Positions 10,806-21,352 of a stretch of DNA of 64,000 bases are shown one piece after another. Below the pieces are notes generated by a model. It worked only from the letters and a program-made list of their open reading frames with translations, searched no databases and was not told where the DNA came from. This DNA comes from Oceanospirillaceae bacterium (GTDB lineage Bacteria; Pseudomonadota; Gammaproteobacteria; Pseudomonadales; Balneatricaceae): the NCBI GenBank assembly GCA_003521845.1, contig DPHB01000024.1, positions 13,523 to 77,522 of the forward strand, given 5' to 3'. The number at the start of each line of letters is the position of its first letter. Position 1 is the first letter of the stretch. The translations under genes and the position numbers were made by a program.

Positions 10806-11990
10806 CTAAAACGAGCGAGGTAGGCCTAATACGTGCTCGGACACGTAGGATAAAATCAGGTTAGTAGAAATAGGCGCAACCTGATAAAGGCGAGTTTCCC
10901 GCAGCTTGCGCTCAATATCAAACTCCTTGGCAAAACCAAAACCGCCGTGGGTTTGCAGGCAGGTGTCTCCGGCAGCCCAAGAGGCTTCGGAGGCCAGTAG
11001 CTTGGCAATATTGGCATCTTCACCACAAGACTCTCCGGCATCAAACTTACGCGCAGCAGTTTCTACCATGACTTCGGCGGCGCGCATATTGGTGTAAGCG
11101 CGCGCAATAGGAAATTGCACGCCTTGGTTTTGACCAATAGCGCGGCCAAATACGGTACGGTCATTGGCGTACTGGCTAGCACGATCAATAAAGAACTTGC
11201 TATCACCAATGCACTCGTAAGCAATAAGAATACGTTCGGCATTCATGCTATCGAGTATGTATTTGAAGCCCTTGCCTTCTTCGCCAATGAGGCTGCTAGC
11301 AGGTATGCGCATGTCATCAAAGAACACCTCGGTACAGTGGTGATTCATCATCATGTCGATGGCTTGTAACTCCATGCCATTGCCCAATACATCACGCATG
11401 TCCACAAGGAATACGCTCATACCTTGGGACTTCTTTTGGCATTGATCCTTTGGCGTGGTACGGGCTAGCAACAGCATCAAATCCGAATGTTCGGCACGGC
11501 TAATAAACACCTTGCGGCCGTTAACTACATAGTCATCGCCGTCACGGCGGGCAAAGGTTTTTATGGATGTAGTATCAGTACCGGCATCAGGTTCCGTTAC
11601 CCCAAAGGCTTGTAAACGCAATTCACCCGAGGCAATTTTTGGCAAGTAATGTTGTTTCTGCTCTTCGCTTCCATGGCGCAAAACTGTACCCATGGTATAC
11701 ATCTGTGCATGACAGGCCCCGGGATGGCCACCCGAGCGAGACAACTCCTCAAGAATAACACCGGCTTCTTGTAAGCCAAGGCCCGAACCACCGTACGCTT
11801 CAGGAATCAAACAGCTTAGAAATCCGTTTTCGATCATGACTTTAACAAAGTCATCTGGATAAGCATTGGTTTTTTCCAGCTCACGCCAGTATTCATTAGG
11901 ATAATCGGCACACAGGGCCCGCATGGCTTCACGAATTTCGGCAAAACTTTCCACTTGGTTTGGTGTTTGGCGTGCTATTGGATTTGCCAT
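10806..11990 (-). CDS. Acyl-CoA dehydrogenase (possibly methylsuccinyl-CoA type)
   Basis: FGVTEPDAGTD, QTHGGFGF and RLYQVAPISTN motifs. Confidence 0.9.
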   Translation of the reverse strand: MANPIARQTPNQVESFAEIREAMRALCADYPNEYWRELEKTNAYPDDFVKVMIENGFLSCLIPEAYGGSGLGLQEAGVILEELSRSGGHPGACHAQMYTMGTVLRHGSEEQKQHYLPKIASGELRLQAFGVTEPDAGTDTTSIKTFARRDGDDYVVNGRKVFISRAEHSDLMLLLARTTPKDQCQKKSQGMSVFLVDMRDVLGNGMELQAIDMMMNHHCTEVFFDDMRIPASSLIGEEGKGFKYILDSMNAERILIAYECIGDSKFFIDRASQYANDRTVFGRAIGQNQGVQFPIARAYTNMRAAEVMVETAARKFDAGESCGEDANIAKLLASEASWAAGDTCLQTHGGFGFAKEFDIERKLRETRLYQVAPISTNLILSYVSEHVLGLPRSF

Positions 11991-12859
11991 TATTGGTCCC
12001 CTTCAAACTCGTTAATTAAGGCTTTAGCTCTAGCCACCACGGGGGCGTCTACCATGGCGCCGTCAACTTGCCAAACACCACCTTGTGGGTTGGCTGCAAC
12101 GACGGCCAACACAGCATTGGCCCATGCCACTTGGCTGGGTGTGGGACCATAGTGTTGATTGACAATACTAACTTGGGCCGGATGAATACATAGCGCACCG
12201 GTACAGCCTTGGCTTGCCGCGCTAATAACTTGTTGCTCATAAGCCACTAGGTCGCGAAATTGGGCCAATGAACCGGACACAGCAAGTAAACCTATATTGG
12301 CATTTTTGGCAGCTAGCAATACCTGACTGATGGCAGCACGCAAACTTTCTGCGCTCGGCATAACCCCCAATGACAAGGCGAGATCTTCAGAACCTATAGC
12401 CAAACAGGCCAAACGCTCACAGGCTAAGGCAATAGCGGGGGCTGCCATGACGGCCTTAGGGGATTCGATTAACCCTACCAGCGCAGTACTACCAGAGGGT
12501 TTACCTTGCGCTAATTCCAAGCGCCCAAGATAATCACTAACGGTGTTCAGGTAATCAGCTGATTCCAATTTGGGCAGCATCAAACCATCAATATTATGGA
12601 TCTCAATGGCACTTAAATCGGCCACAAGTTGTTCAATTTCCGTATTAGTACGCAATACCACCTTCTGCCCTGCTTGTTTGATATCGGCCAAACGCTGATT
12701 CAACACTAAGCGTGTTGCGTCCTTATTGGCCGCGGGTACGGCATCTTCCATATCAACAATAATAACGCTAGCGCCACGGCTTGCAGACTTGGCTAAAAAC
12801 TCAGGTTTGTTGGCGGGTACAAACAACCAGCTTTTGGCACTTTGTAGACTATTCTTCAA
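11990..12859 (-). CDS. CitE/HpcH-family CoA-ester lyase (citramalyl-CoA lyase-like)
   Basis: WLFVPA, DMEDAV, LPK, LIES, GSEDL, CIHPAQV and GAMVDAPV motifs. Confidence 0.88.
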   Translation of the reverse strand: MKNSLQSAKSWLFVPANKPEFLAKSASRGASVIIVDMEDAVPAANKDATRLVLNQRLADIKQAGQKVVLRTNTEIEQLVADLSAIEIHNIDGLMLPKLESADYLNTVSDYLGRLELAQGKPSGSTALVGLIESPKAVMAAPAIALACERLACLAIGSEDLALSLGVMPSAESLRAAISQVLLAAKNANIGLLAVSGSLAQFRDLVAYEQQVISAASQGCTGALCIHPAQVSIVNQHYGPTPSQVAWANAVLAVVAANPQGGVWQVDGAMVDAPVVARAKALINEFEGDQ

Positions 12860-13694
12860 TGAGGGCCTCCCCTTGCATGGCTCGTTGGCCTAGGTGATCT
12901 GTGGCCCATACTAGCACTTTGTTAGCTGCACGACGGGCATGGACAGTGAACGGGTTAATATCAGTAATGGGGCCTAGTGCACGAAATGAAAACTGCTTCA
13001 CACAAGCGGCAGGTATATGCGTGCGAATCAGTTCCAACATATAGGTAGCAATCAAGGGGCCATGAACGACCAAGCCATCGTACCCCTCAAAGGCTGCATA
13101 GTCGCGATCATAGTGAATACGATGGCCATTAAAGGTAAGCGCCGAATAACGAAACAACATCACCGAATCCGCTTGCAGTGTTAGTTGCCAGTCACTGCTT
13201 GCTTGGTCTACCACTGGCTCCGGCTGGCTGAGGGGTTTAGCCGCATCAGTTTGAGGATCTTCACGATAAACAATGTCATGCTCTTCGTAAACATAGCCAC
13301 CTTGGTCACCGTTAATAGCATGCGCTACAGTCACAAAGGCCAGCTCACCAGTACGGCCATGCTTGTACTTGATATCCTTAATGGTAGAGGTGCGTGTCAC
13401 CGTTTCCCCTAGTTTGATGGCTTGGCCAAATTCAAAACGACCACCAGCCCACATACGCCGAGGTAGCTCTACAGGAGGCAAAAACAAACCTTTTTGTGGA
13501 TGACCATCGCGCCCCACCTTATCCATGGGTATGGCAGCAACGGTCACTATCCAGTGCCAAAGTGTCGGCAAGGCAGCGCCATCTTGGCAATCCATAGGGC
13601 AACTTAAGGTATTGGCTAACTGCAATACCCGCTGGGCGTCCAATTGTTCTTGCACGATCTCTTGACGTCCAATCCAACCCATTACCTTATTCAT
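12849..13694 (-). CDS. Double hot-dog hydratase, itaconyl-CoA/mesaconyl-C4-CoA hydratase-like
   Basis: RRMWAGG, LFRYSALTFNGHRIHYD and LVVHGPL motifs. Confidence 0.87.
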   Translation of the reverse strand: MNKVMGWIGRQEIVQEQLDAQRVLQLANTLSCPMDCQDGAALPTLWHWIVTVAAIPMDKVGRDGHPQKGLFLPPVELPRRMWAGGRFEFGQAIKLGETVTRTSTIKDIKYKHGRTGELAFVTVAHAINGDQGGYVYEEHDIVYREDPQTDAAKPLSQPEPVVDQASSDWQLTLQADSVMLFRYSALTFNGHRIHYDRDYAAFEGYDGLVVHGPLIATYMLELIRTHIPAACVKQFSFRALGPITDINPFTVHARRAANKVLVWATDHLGQRAMQGEALIEE

Positions 13695-14830
13695 AGGCGG
13701 CTCGCAAATTCTTCTCGTATGGCTTGGGAATGTTCACCAACAGCAGGCACCTTGCGATAAGGGTTGGCCGGCGCACTGGTTAACACTGGGGAGGCGATTA
13801 CTTCGGCATGGCCACTAGGCGTAGGTACCGTTTCCATACGCACCAAGTCATGATCCATTAGGTCAGCGGGTGTATTGATGGCACCAAAGGCAATCGGAAT
13901 AGACTTGAGTTTGGCGCGCATGGATGAGGCATCTAGCTTGGCGAAAGCGGTTTGCGTTATGGCGTCGACCTGTTCACGGTTTTCTACACGCTCCTTATTA
14001 GAGGCAAATCCGGTTTGGGTAGCCAGCGCTCTGTCACCAATAATATGCGTACAAAAATTAGCCCACTCACGTTCATTTTGAATTGATATGACGAGAATCT
14101 TGTCATCGGCACAGGTGAAGCCACCATAGGGTGCGATAGAAGGGTGCTTTAAACCCACACGCTTTGGCCCCTGACCCGTGTACTTTTGTTGCAACAAGGG
14201 CACACTCATCCAATCGACGGCGCAATCAAACATGCTGACCTTTAAGCTAGTACCTGTGCCGCTGCGCAGTTGTTGATACAAGGCCTGCTGAATGCCTGCT
14301 AGGGCATTCATACCAGCACTGATATCCACCAATGACACGCCTATGCGGCCATATTCATTAGGGCCACCACTCACCGATACCAAGCCACTTTCGGACTGAA
14401 TCAGTAGATCGTAGGCCTTCATGTCCGAGTAGCTATTGTGCTCGCCATAGCCGCTGATATCACAGGTGATCAAGTGTGGAAATTCTTTCCGCAGCTGTGC
14501 CGATCCCATACCTATGCGTTCCATAGCGCCTGGGGCGAGGTTTTGAATCCATACTTGGGCGGTAGCCAAAATACTCTTAAGCAGGGCTTGCTCGTGTGGC
14601 TGCTTAATATCTAGCACCAATGATTCTTTACCACGGTTAATCCACACAAAGTAGGAAGCTTCCCCCCCCACAAAGTCATCGTAACCACGGGCAAAATCAC
14701 CACTAGCTCGCTCAATTTTTATCACACGCGCACCCGCTTCCGCTAAGCGCGCTGTACATAAGGGTGCGGCAACAGCCTGCTCTACAGAGACCACTGTGAC
14801 ACCTTCTAACGGGAGTTGTTGTTGACTCAT
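13691..14830 (-). CDS. CaiB/BaiF family III CoA-transferase (itaconate CoA-transferase-like)
   Basis: EQAVAAP, GARVIKIER, GDFARGYD, NRGKES and KAYDLLIQ motifs. Confidence 0.9.
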   Translation of the reverse strand: MSQQQLPLEGVTVVSVEQAVAAPLCTARLAEAGARVIKIERASGDFARGYDDFVGGEASYFVWINRGKESLVLDIKQPHEQALLKSILATAQVWIQNLAPGAMERIGMGSAQLRKEFPHLITCDISGYGEHNSYSDMKAYDLLIQSESGLVSVSGGPNEYGRIGVSLVDISAGMNALAGIQQALYQQLRSGTGTSLKVSMFDCAVDWMSVPLLQQKYTGQGPKRVGLKHPSIAPYGGFTCADDKILVISIQNEREWANFCTHIIGDRALATQTGFASNKERVENREQVDAITQTAFAKLDASSMRAKLKSIPIAFGAINTPADLMDHDLVRMETVPTPSGHAEVIASPVLTSAPANPYRKVPAVGEHSQAIREEFASRL

Positions 14831-14929
14831 GCCATGACACCTTGTAACTTAGTGGTCATTATGGATAATTAATCGAAACATCACAAACGATATTATTTTC
14901 AGCTTACACATAACTTATTTTTAACTGAT

Positions 14930-15877
14930 ATGGAAAGAATCCCGTCTACACAAGCCCTACGTTGTTTTGCCAGCTCCGCCCATTGGATGAGTTTTGCCAA
15001 GGCAGCTGAAGAACTGTGCCTAACACCGGCTGCCGTATCTGTGCAAATACGCAAGCTAGAAGACAGCTTGGGCATTCAGTTATTTCAACGCTACAACCGG
15101 CGTATAGAACTCACCGAAGCTGGGGAAAAGTACCTGCTACGCATACGCCATATCCTCAATGATTTGGAAGCCGCGACGCGAGATATTAAGCAAAAGGGTG
15201 ACCTTGCACCCATTAGCATTGCCACGCCACCGACGTTTTTGAAATACATGATTATTCCAGCGCTGGCTGATTTCTTTACTGAATTCGATCTTAATTTGCG
15301 TTTTGTGGATACCCTAAGAAATATCGATTTTGACTCTGAAGATATTGATATATGGGTACGCTACGGCCTGCCCTTTAAGGACAGTAAACACGAAGTGCTG
15401 TTGTCTGAGGAAACCTTGTGCCCCGTTTGCAGCCCGCAATTATTAACCGAAGTGGGGCCAATAGAAACACCCGAAGATTTAGCAAAAGTGCGCCTTCTTT
15501 ATACCGAAAGACGTCTCATTCAATGGGATAATTATTTTGTTGATAGTGACTTTGATCATCGCCAAACTCGCGGCAGCCTGTGGTTTTTAAACTCAGTACA
15601 TACCCTAGATGCCGCGCTGGCCGGCCATGGTTTGGCCTTGATGAACAAAGAATTTGCCACCCAATATCTAGCCTCAGGCGAACTAGTCATACCCTTTGAA
15701 ATCGACAACTCTACCATTACCAAGCCAGGTTATTACCTACGCACTAACCCCAGCCAGCTGCCGTCTTTAGTTGACCCTATTGCCAAGTGGTTGATTGCTC
15801 AAGTGGCGTCTTTACCTGTGCCTACAGCAACCAGCCCTATAACGTCTTATGCGCAGCCTGCCCCGGCAGACGAGTAA
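14930..15877 (+). CDS. LysR-family regulator (GcvA-like)
   Basis: SFAKAAEELCLTPAAVSVQIRKLE HTH; divergent from the CoA cluster. Confidence 0.9.
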   Translation: MERIPSTQALRCFASSAHWMSFAKAAEELCLTPAAVSVQIRKLEDSLGIQLFQRYNRRIELTEAGEKYLLRIRHILNDLEAATRDIKQKGDLAPISIATPPTFLKYMIIPALADFFTEFDLNLRFVDTLRNIDFDSEDIDIWVRYGLPFKDSKHEVLLSEETLCPVCSPQLLTEVGPIETPEDLAKVRLLYTERRLIQWDNYFVDSDFDHRQTRGSLWFLNSVHTLDAALAGHGLALMNKEFATQYLASGELVIPFEIDNSTITKPGYYLRTNPSQLPSLVDPIAKWLIAQVASLPVPTATSPITSYAQPAPADE

Positions 15878-17030
15878 GCTGATAAAACAGCGGTACCGCA
15901 AGGCCACACAAGGCCACCACTAGAATCATAGCCAATGGTGTACCGTCGTACATGGCAGATGCTCCCATAGCAATCAAGGCACCTATACCAAACTGGCTAG
16001 CTACCGCCAATCCTGCCGCCGCCCCAGCGGTACGGGGGTACAACTGCATAAGACTCGCTGTAGCATTGGCACCCATCAAACCGACGCAACTAACAGCGCC
16101 AAATAACCCCAGCAATAATAACCAAAAATGGTTATCTAACAAGGCACTAGCAAGCAATACCAATCCTGACAGCAAGCAAATAAAACTACCTAGGCGCAAC
16201 ATAGTTTGCGCACCACAGGCACGCACCAAACGCGCATTGAGCATAGACAAGAGCATGATACCAAAGGAGTTAACGCCAAATATCAAAGAAAATTGCACGG
16301 TGGTTAAGCCATAAAACTCAATAAAGACAAAGGGAGAAACAGTAATATAAGCGAACATGCCCGAAAAGCACAAAGCCATCATTAACACATAACCCAAACC
16401 CTTCGGGTCTGTATAGATGTGCCAGTAGCTTAAAAAGGTGGCTCGTAAACTGTCTGCCCGGTTTTCTTGCTGATGGGTTTCGGGGATTTTCCAATAAGCT
16501 AACATCCCTGTAACGACAGAAAACACAGCCAAAAAGCCAAAGATCCAGCGCCAAGAACCCAAGCTTAGGATATAGCTGCCCAACAACGGTGCAATCATTA
16601 CCGCCAGCATGGACACCAGCTGCATCAAAGAAAGCACACGCGGCACCTCGGGGGGAGCAAACACATCCCTCACAATAGCACGTGACAACACGGCCGCTGC
16701 GGCACCACCTACTGCCTGCAAAAAACGCAAAACAATTAAACTATCAACGCTTTGCGCAAATACACACCCAATGGTTACTATGATATACAACACAATGCCA
16801 GCAAGCATTAAGCGGCGGCGCCCGTACTTATCGGACAAGGGACCGAACACCAACATGCCTAAACACATGCCTAAGGAAAAAATACTAATCGTACCTTGAG
16901 TAACGCCTTCGCTGGCCGCCAAATCTTGAGCAATCGCAGGCAGGGCTGGCAAAGAAATATCCACAGATAAAGAAGCAAAGGCCTGCAAGGCGGCAAACAA
17001 AACAAGCAAGCGTTGGGGGTTGGTAAGCAT
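15837..17030 (-). CDS. Bcr/CflA-family MFS efflux transporter
   Basis: GPLSDKYGRR motif A, DISLPALP, about 12 hydrophobic segments. Confidence 0.9.
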   Translation of the reverse strand: MLTNPQRLLVLFAALQAFASLSVDISLPALPAIAQDLAASEGVTQGTISIFSLGMCLGMLVFGPLSDKYGRRRLMLAGIVLYIIVTIGCVFAQSVDSLIVLRFLQAVGGAAAAVLSRAIVRDVFAPPEVPRVLSLMQLVSMLAVMIAPLLGSYILSLGSWRWIFGFLAVFSVVTGMLAYWKIPETHQQENRADSLRATFLSYWHIYTDPKGLGYVLMMALCFSGMFAYITVSPFVFIEFYGLTTVQFSLIFGVNSFGIMLLSMLNARLVRACGAQTMLRLGSFICLLSGLVLLASALLDNHFWLLLLGLFGAVSCVGLMGANATASLMQLYPRTAGAAAGLAVASQFGIGALIAMGASAMYDGTPLAMILVVALCGLAVPLFYQLTRLPGQAAHKTL

Positions 17031-17134
17031 AAGCAAATCAAAGACATATAATTAGTTTATATGGTAACTATTTTCTCTATAAACAACCAGCCCCAGACCT
17101 GTGCAGTGACGACATAAATAGATTTGAAAGTAGC

Positions 17135-17995
17135 CTATTTATGCTCGGCCTGTTGACTAAAAAAAGACACATCATTGGGGTATTCGGGCGTGGCCAAATT
17201 GAAGGTATTAGCGCGCATACGACCCGTGTACTCACCCCGTACCACCTCCCCTTCTTGCGCGCTAGGGATATGATTGATGATTAATGGCACGGCGTCTTCA
17301 GCGGCGTATTCCACGATATAAATAGTCCGGGGTGCATTTGAATTATTTGCCGTAGAGCCGTGCAATAGGCGCGTATGCATAATACAGGCCGAGCCAGCAC
17401 GACCGGTGCAAAATACCGCTGTGGGCGCTACCTTGGCGCTTATGCCATCAGCAACGGCCCCAGTAAACACACCATTATGCCAATGCTCATGCAAAGGGCC
17501 TAAGTGCGACCCTGGCACCACTTCCAAGGGGCCATTTTCCATACTCACATCGTCTAGGAAAATCAGCACTGTGGCCAAATTGTCGTTACTATGGGGCTCA
17601 AAGGCAAAATCCTGATGGTACTTCACTTCGGTATTAGAACCAGGTAACTTGGAGTTAATCTTGGCATTATTAAACTTTAAGTTAGGACCATACAATTGGC
17701 TTAAACCGTCTAGGGCACGATTATCACGCATCACCGCCAAGTAGGGTGCCGACAACTCTTGGGGGGACGATACCCGGCGCAGGGCTGGTTGATCCGCACT
17801 GTGGCTAGGTGCCATATCAAAACGTGCCCGACCATCCATAATTTCGCCAAAAGGCTCCCTATGCCCACGACTTTGCTCTACCCATTGCTGGAAATCATGA
17901 CGCAATAACTGCACCTGTTGTGGACTGATGGCATCTTCAACCAGCACATAACCCTGCTGAGCAAACTGACTTATCTGAGCATCGCTTAATACCAT
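17135..17995 (-). CDS. PhyH-family Fe(II)/2-oxoglutarate dioxygenase
   Basis: HQD iron motif, NGPLEVVPGSH, distal LLHGS and conserved Arg. Confidence 0.88.
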   Translation of the reverse strand: MVLSDAQISQFAQQGYVLVEDAISPQQVQLLRHDFQQWVEQSRGHREPFGEIMDGRARFDMAPSHSADQPALRRVSSPQELSAPYLAVMRDNRALDGLSQLYGPNLKFNNAKINSKLPGSNTEVKYHQDFAFEPHSNDNLATVLIFLDDVSMENGPLEVVPGSHLGPLHEHWHNGVFTGAVADGISAKVAPTAVFCTGRAGSACIMHTRLLHGSTANNSNAPRTIYIVEYAAEDAVPLIINHIPSAQEGEVVRGEYTGRMRANTFNLATPEYPNDVSFFSQQAEHK

Positions 17996-18010
17996 GATCC
18001 CCCCTGCCTC

Positions 18011-19153
18011 TTAGTTCGCGGACAACTGCTGCTTTACCAATGCCTGCCAATAGTCACTGCCAAGGCTAAGAATCGCTTCATTCAATTGATAGTGAGGATT
18101 GTGCAAAGACGTAGCACAACTACCTTCATGGCCATTACCTAGCAGCATATAACAACCGGGCTTGCGCTTCAGCATCTGCGCAAAATCTTCGGAAGCACCA
18201 CAAGTTGGACAATCCTCGGTGATGCCAGCATGACCAGTTACCGCTTGCGCGGCCGCGATGGCATGTTCTGTTTCTAGGTCACTATTGATAGTGGGAATAA
18301 AATCATTTTGATACAAAACCTGCCCGCTAGCACCATGGCTTGCACAAATACCCGCAACAATTTCGCCCATGCGCCGCGCTATGGTGGCCTGAACGTCCGC
18401 TGACAAAGCTCGGCAATCACCCTTGATGGTGACGTTAGACGGAATAATATTACGCGCCCCATCAGTAATAAACTCGGTGACCGACACCACCGCCCAATCT
18501 CGTGAACTGATACTGCGCGAGACAATGGTCTGCAGGGCCAATACAACTTCAGCGCCAACCAGCACCGGGTCAATGGTTTTTTCGGGCATAGAAGCGTGAC
18601 CACCGCGGCCATTAATGGTGATTACAAAAATATCTTCCGAGGTCATGATGGCGCCTTTGCGTACAGCAAAGTGCCCAGCAGGCCAGCCTGGCATATTATG
18701 TAGACCATACACAGCCTGCATAGGAAAGCGTTCAAACAGGCCATCTTCAATCATGGCCAAAGCGCCCTGCCCATCTTCCTCACTGGGCTGGAAGATAAAG
18801 TAAACCGTGCCATCAAAGTCTTTAGATTGAGACAAGGCTTGTGCCGCACCCAGCAACATAGCCGTATGGCCATCATGACCACAGCCATGGAACACACCGT
18901 CATTAACGGAACGATAGTCACAATCATTAGCTTCTTGAATGGGCAAGGCATCCATGTCAGCGCGCAAGCCAATGGCCTTGTCGCTGTCCCCACGGCGCAA
19001 CACACCAACCACACCCGTGCGGCCAACTTGCTGGTGTACCTCTAGTCCAAATTCAGTAAGTAATTCGGCCACCTTGGCAGCCGTGCGGAGTTCGTTGAAA
19101 CCTAGTTCAGGGTACTGATGTATTTCCCTGCGCCACTGCTGCATAACAGACAT
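18011..19153 (-). CDS. M20 amidohydrolase (hippurate hydrolase/aminoacylase family)
   Basis: LRADMDALP, HGCGHDGH, FQPSEE, GLHN, SEDF and LHNP motifs. Confidence 0.9.
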   Translation of the reverse strand: MSVMQQWRREIHQYPELGFNELRTAAKVAELLTEFGLEVHQQVGRTGVVGVLRRGDSDKAIGLRADMDALPIQEANDCDYRSVNDGVFHGCGHDGHTAMLLGAAQALSQSKDFDGTVYFIFQPSEEDGQGALAMIEDGLFERFPMQAVYGLHNMPGWPAGHFAVRKGAIMTSEDIFVITINGRGGHASMPEKTIDPVLVGAEVVLALQTIVSRSISSRDWAVVSVTEFITDGARNIIPSNVTIKGDCRALSADVQATIARRMGEIVAGICASHGASGQVLYQNDFIPTINSDLETEHAIAAAQAVTGHAGITEDCPTCGASEDFAQMLKRKPGCYMLLGNGHEGSCATSLHNPHYQLNEAILSLGSDYWQALVKQQLSAN

Positions 19154-19154
19154 G

Positions 19155-20225
19155 TTACACCTGCCCTTCTGAAATAATCACCAAAGGCAAGAAATCAGAT
19201 AAGATGTCAGAGTCACCTGCAAGATCATCAAGCAACTTAGTTAAGGCCGTAAAACCAGCCGCACCAGAAGGTGTCGTGGCGACGCCCATGGCCGTCATTT
19301 GATCAGCACCAGCCTGGCCTTCTTCATCAGTTAAGGTAACGTAAGACACATCACACTGCTCCAAGGTATGCCAAGCCACCATAGACGGCTCTTTGCAATC
19401 CAAGCGCCCCATGTTGGAATCTGGCCCCGTCACATCCGTGGGTTTACCGGCACGGTGACTAGCTTGCAAGCATTCAGCGGCATCAGGTTCTACCACAATA
19501 ATTTGCGGTTGTACGGGCCAGTTATGACGAATCATATAAGCCATAGCGCAAGCTAAACCGCCTACACCGGCTTGCAAGAATACATGTGTTGGCCATTGAC
19601 CGGTTTGCTCTAGCTGCGCACGGGCTTCTTCGGCGATTACGGAATAGCCTTCCATGACCAATTTAGGCAATTCTGTATAACCTTGCCAAGTACCATCGGC
19701 CAACAAAGTAGCACCAGTTTCAGCGGCATTTTGCACCGCAGCGGCCACGCTTTGGCTGTAGTTATCACCAGCCCAAACTACTTCGGCACCATAGGATTCT
19801 AAACGAGCACCAAAACTATCTGGTACCGTATGGGCCAAGAATATACGTGCTTTAGCACCCACATCACGGGCACCACTAGCGACACCCAGGCCATGGTTAC
19901 CAGCACTGGCACAAACAAAGGTCATGTCGGCAGCAAAGCTCTTTACATCGGCATCTTGCATGCGCGATGCCGTTAAGTTTTCATCATGCTTAGCCTGCCA
20001 TTGCTGGGCAATATATTGGGCAATGGCATAGGGGCCACCCAAGGCTTTAAAGGCACCCAAACCCATGCGCTGCGTTTCATCTTTAACCAATACCTCATAG
20101 CCTGCCAACTGCTTGGTATGCAGAGGGGATACGGCGTACTTTGGCAGAGCCTGAAAATGTGCAAGAGCACGGGAAAAGTTAGGGGTAAAGCACATTGCAT
20201 TAGCGTGATCTGGTGACTGGTTCAT
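19155..20225 (-). CDS. Diaminopropionate ammonia-lyase-like PLP fold-type II enzyme
   Basis: KDETQRMGLGAFKALGG (PLP Lys), ASAGNHG, VMEGY, QAGVGG, MGRLDCKEPS. Confidence 0.8.
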   Translation of the reverse strand: MNQSPDHANAMCFTPNFSRALAHFQALPKYAVSPLHTKQLAGYEVLVKDETQRMGLGAFKALGGPYAIAQYIAQQWQAKHDENLTASRMQDADVKSFAADMTFVCASAGNHGLGVASGARDVGAKARIFLAHTVPDSFGARLESYGAEVVWAGDNYSQSVAAAVQNAAETGATLLADGTWQGYTELPKLVMEGYSVIAEEARAQLEQTGQWPTHVFLQAGVGGLACAMAYMIRHNWPVQPQIIVVEPDAAECLQASHRAGKPTDVTGPDSNMGRLDCKEPSMVAWHTLEQCDVSYVTLTDEEGQAGADQMTAMGVATTPSGAAGFTALTKLLDDLAGDSDILSDFLPLVIISEGQV

Positions 20226-20371
20226 GTGATTATTCTCATTAATTTGAGGTTAATAGCGTTAAACATAAATCACAGAATAGCAAAAATACACTAGACAATT
20301 TTGCGTAATCATTGCTTAATCTAACTATATTTTTCATTTTAGCCACTTATTTGACCAAATCAGATCAAATT

Positions 20372-20830
20372 ATGAATTTAGATAACAGTGACCTAAAAAT
20401 ACTCAGCGCCTTACAGAAAAACAGCCGCATCAGCCTAGAGGCCTTAAGCGAGCTTTGTGCCTTATCGGTACCTTCGGTACAAAGGCGTATAAAGCGTCTG
20501 CGCGACAAGCATATTATCAGTAATGAAGTAGCCATCATTGACCCAGAAAAAGTGGGCTTTGAAATGACCTTTATTGTGCAAGTAGAACTGGAACGCGAAG
20601 CCTTAAGACAACTGAATGAGTTTAAAAAGCACATCAAAAAAGAACCACGCGTGCAACAATGCTACTACGTCACGGGGGATGCCGATTTTGTACTCATATG
20701 CAGCGCCAAGAATATGCGCGACTTTGAAGACTTAACTCATCAACTATTTTTTGATAATGCCAATGTGAGGCGTTTCAAAACCTCTGTGGTGATGGATCGA
20801 GCCAAGGTGGGATTAGAGATCCCTTTGTAA
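20372..20830 (+). CDS. Lrp/AsnC-family regulator
   Basis: LDNSDLKIL HTH and QQCYYVTGDADF; ATG at 20372; divergent from the lyase cluster. Confidence 0.92.
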   Translation: MNLDNSDLKILSALQKNSRISLEALSELCALSVPSVQRRIKRLRDKHIISNEVAIIDPEKVGFEMTFIVQVELEREALRQLNEFKKHIKKEPRVQQCYYVTGDADFVLICSAKNMRDFEDLTHQLFFDNANVRRFKTSVVMDRAKVGLEIPL

Positions 20831-20843
20831 GCTAGCCAGATTA

Positions 20844-21152
20844 CTAAGTCCGTGTACCCCAAGGATTCACCTTAGCTTGCACTGATTGCCCATCAGTAGC
20901 GTTCGACTGCTTGGGCTTACGCTCCTTTGCTGGCTTTTGGCTTAAAGAGCGCACATACAGGTTTTCTACCTTTTCTCTAGCCCAAGGCGTTTTACGCAAA
21001 AACTTGAGAGATGATTTGACCGAAGGATCTGATTTAAAACAGTTGATGTTTATGCGTTGCGCCAAACCATCCCAGCCATACCGCAACTCCAGCTCTGTAA
21101 CCATAGTTGCTAGGGATATACCGTGTAATGGATTATTAGGTTGTTGACTCAT
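20844..21152 (-). CDS. VF530/DUF2132-family small protein
   Basis: [41 protein letters not shown]. Confidence 0.9.
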   Translation of the reverse strand: MSQQPNNPLHGISLATMVTELELRYGWDGLAQRININCFKSDPSVKSSLKFLRKTPWAREKVENLYVRSLSQKPAKERKPKQSNATDGQSVQAKVNPWGTRT

Positions 21153-21352
21153 GTACTCAAATTTCCGTGCGCAATATTAGTGGCTAACAGCAAGGTTGCG
21201 AAGAGTGCACTTTGCTCCACCTAGCTATAGTCACTAGCCTACATCATTTTTACGAAAGTACCAGCCCAGAGGCGCTGCAATGGGGTAGTAGACTGTACCT
21301 TTTGCAGGTAAGGTGATTGTTGACATGGTAATACATCGTTTAGGAGGCCATT

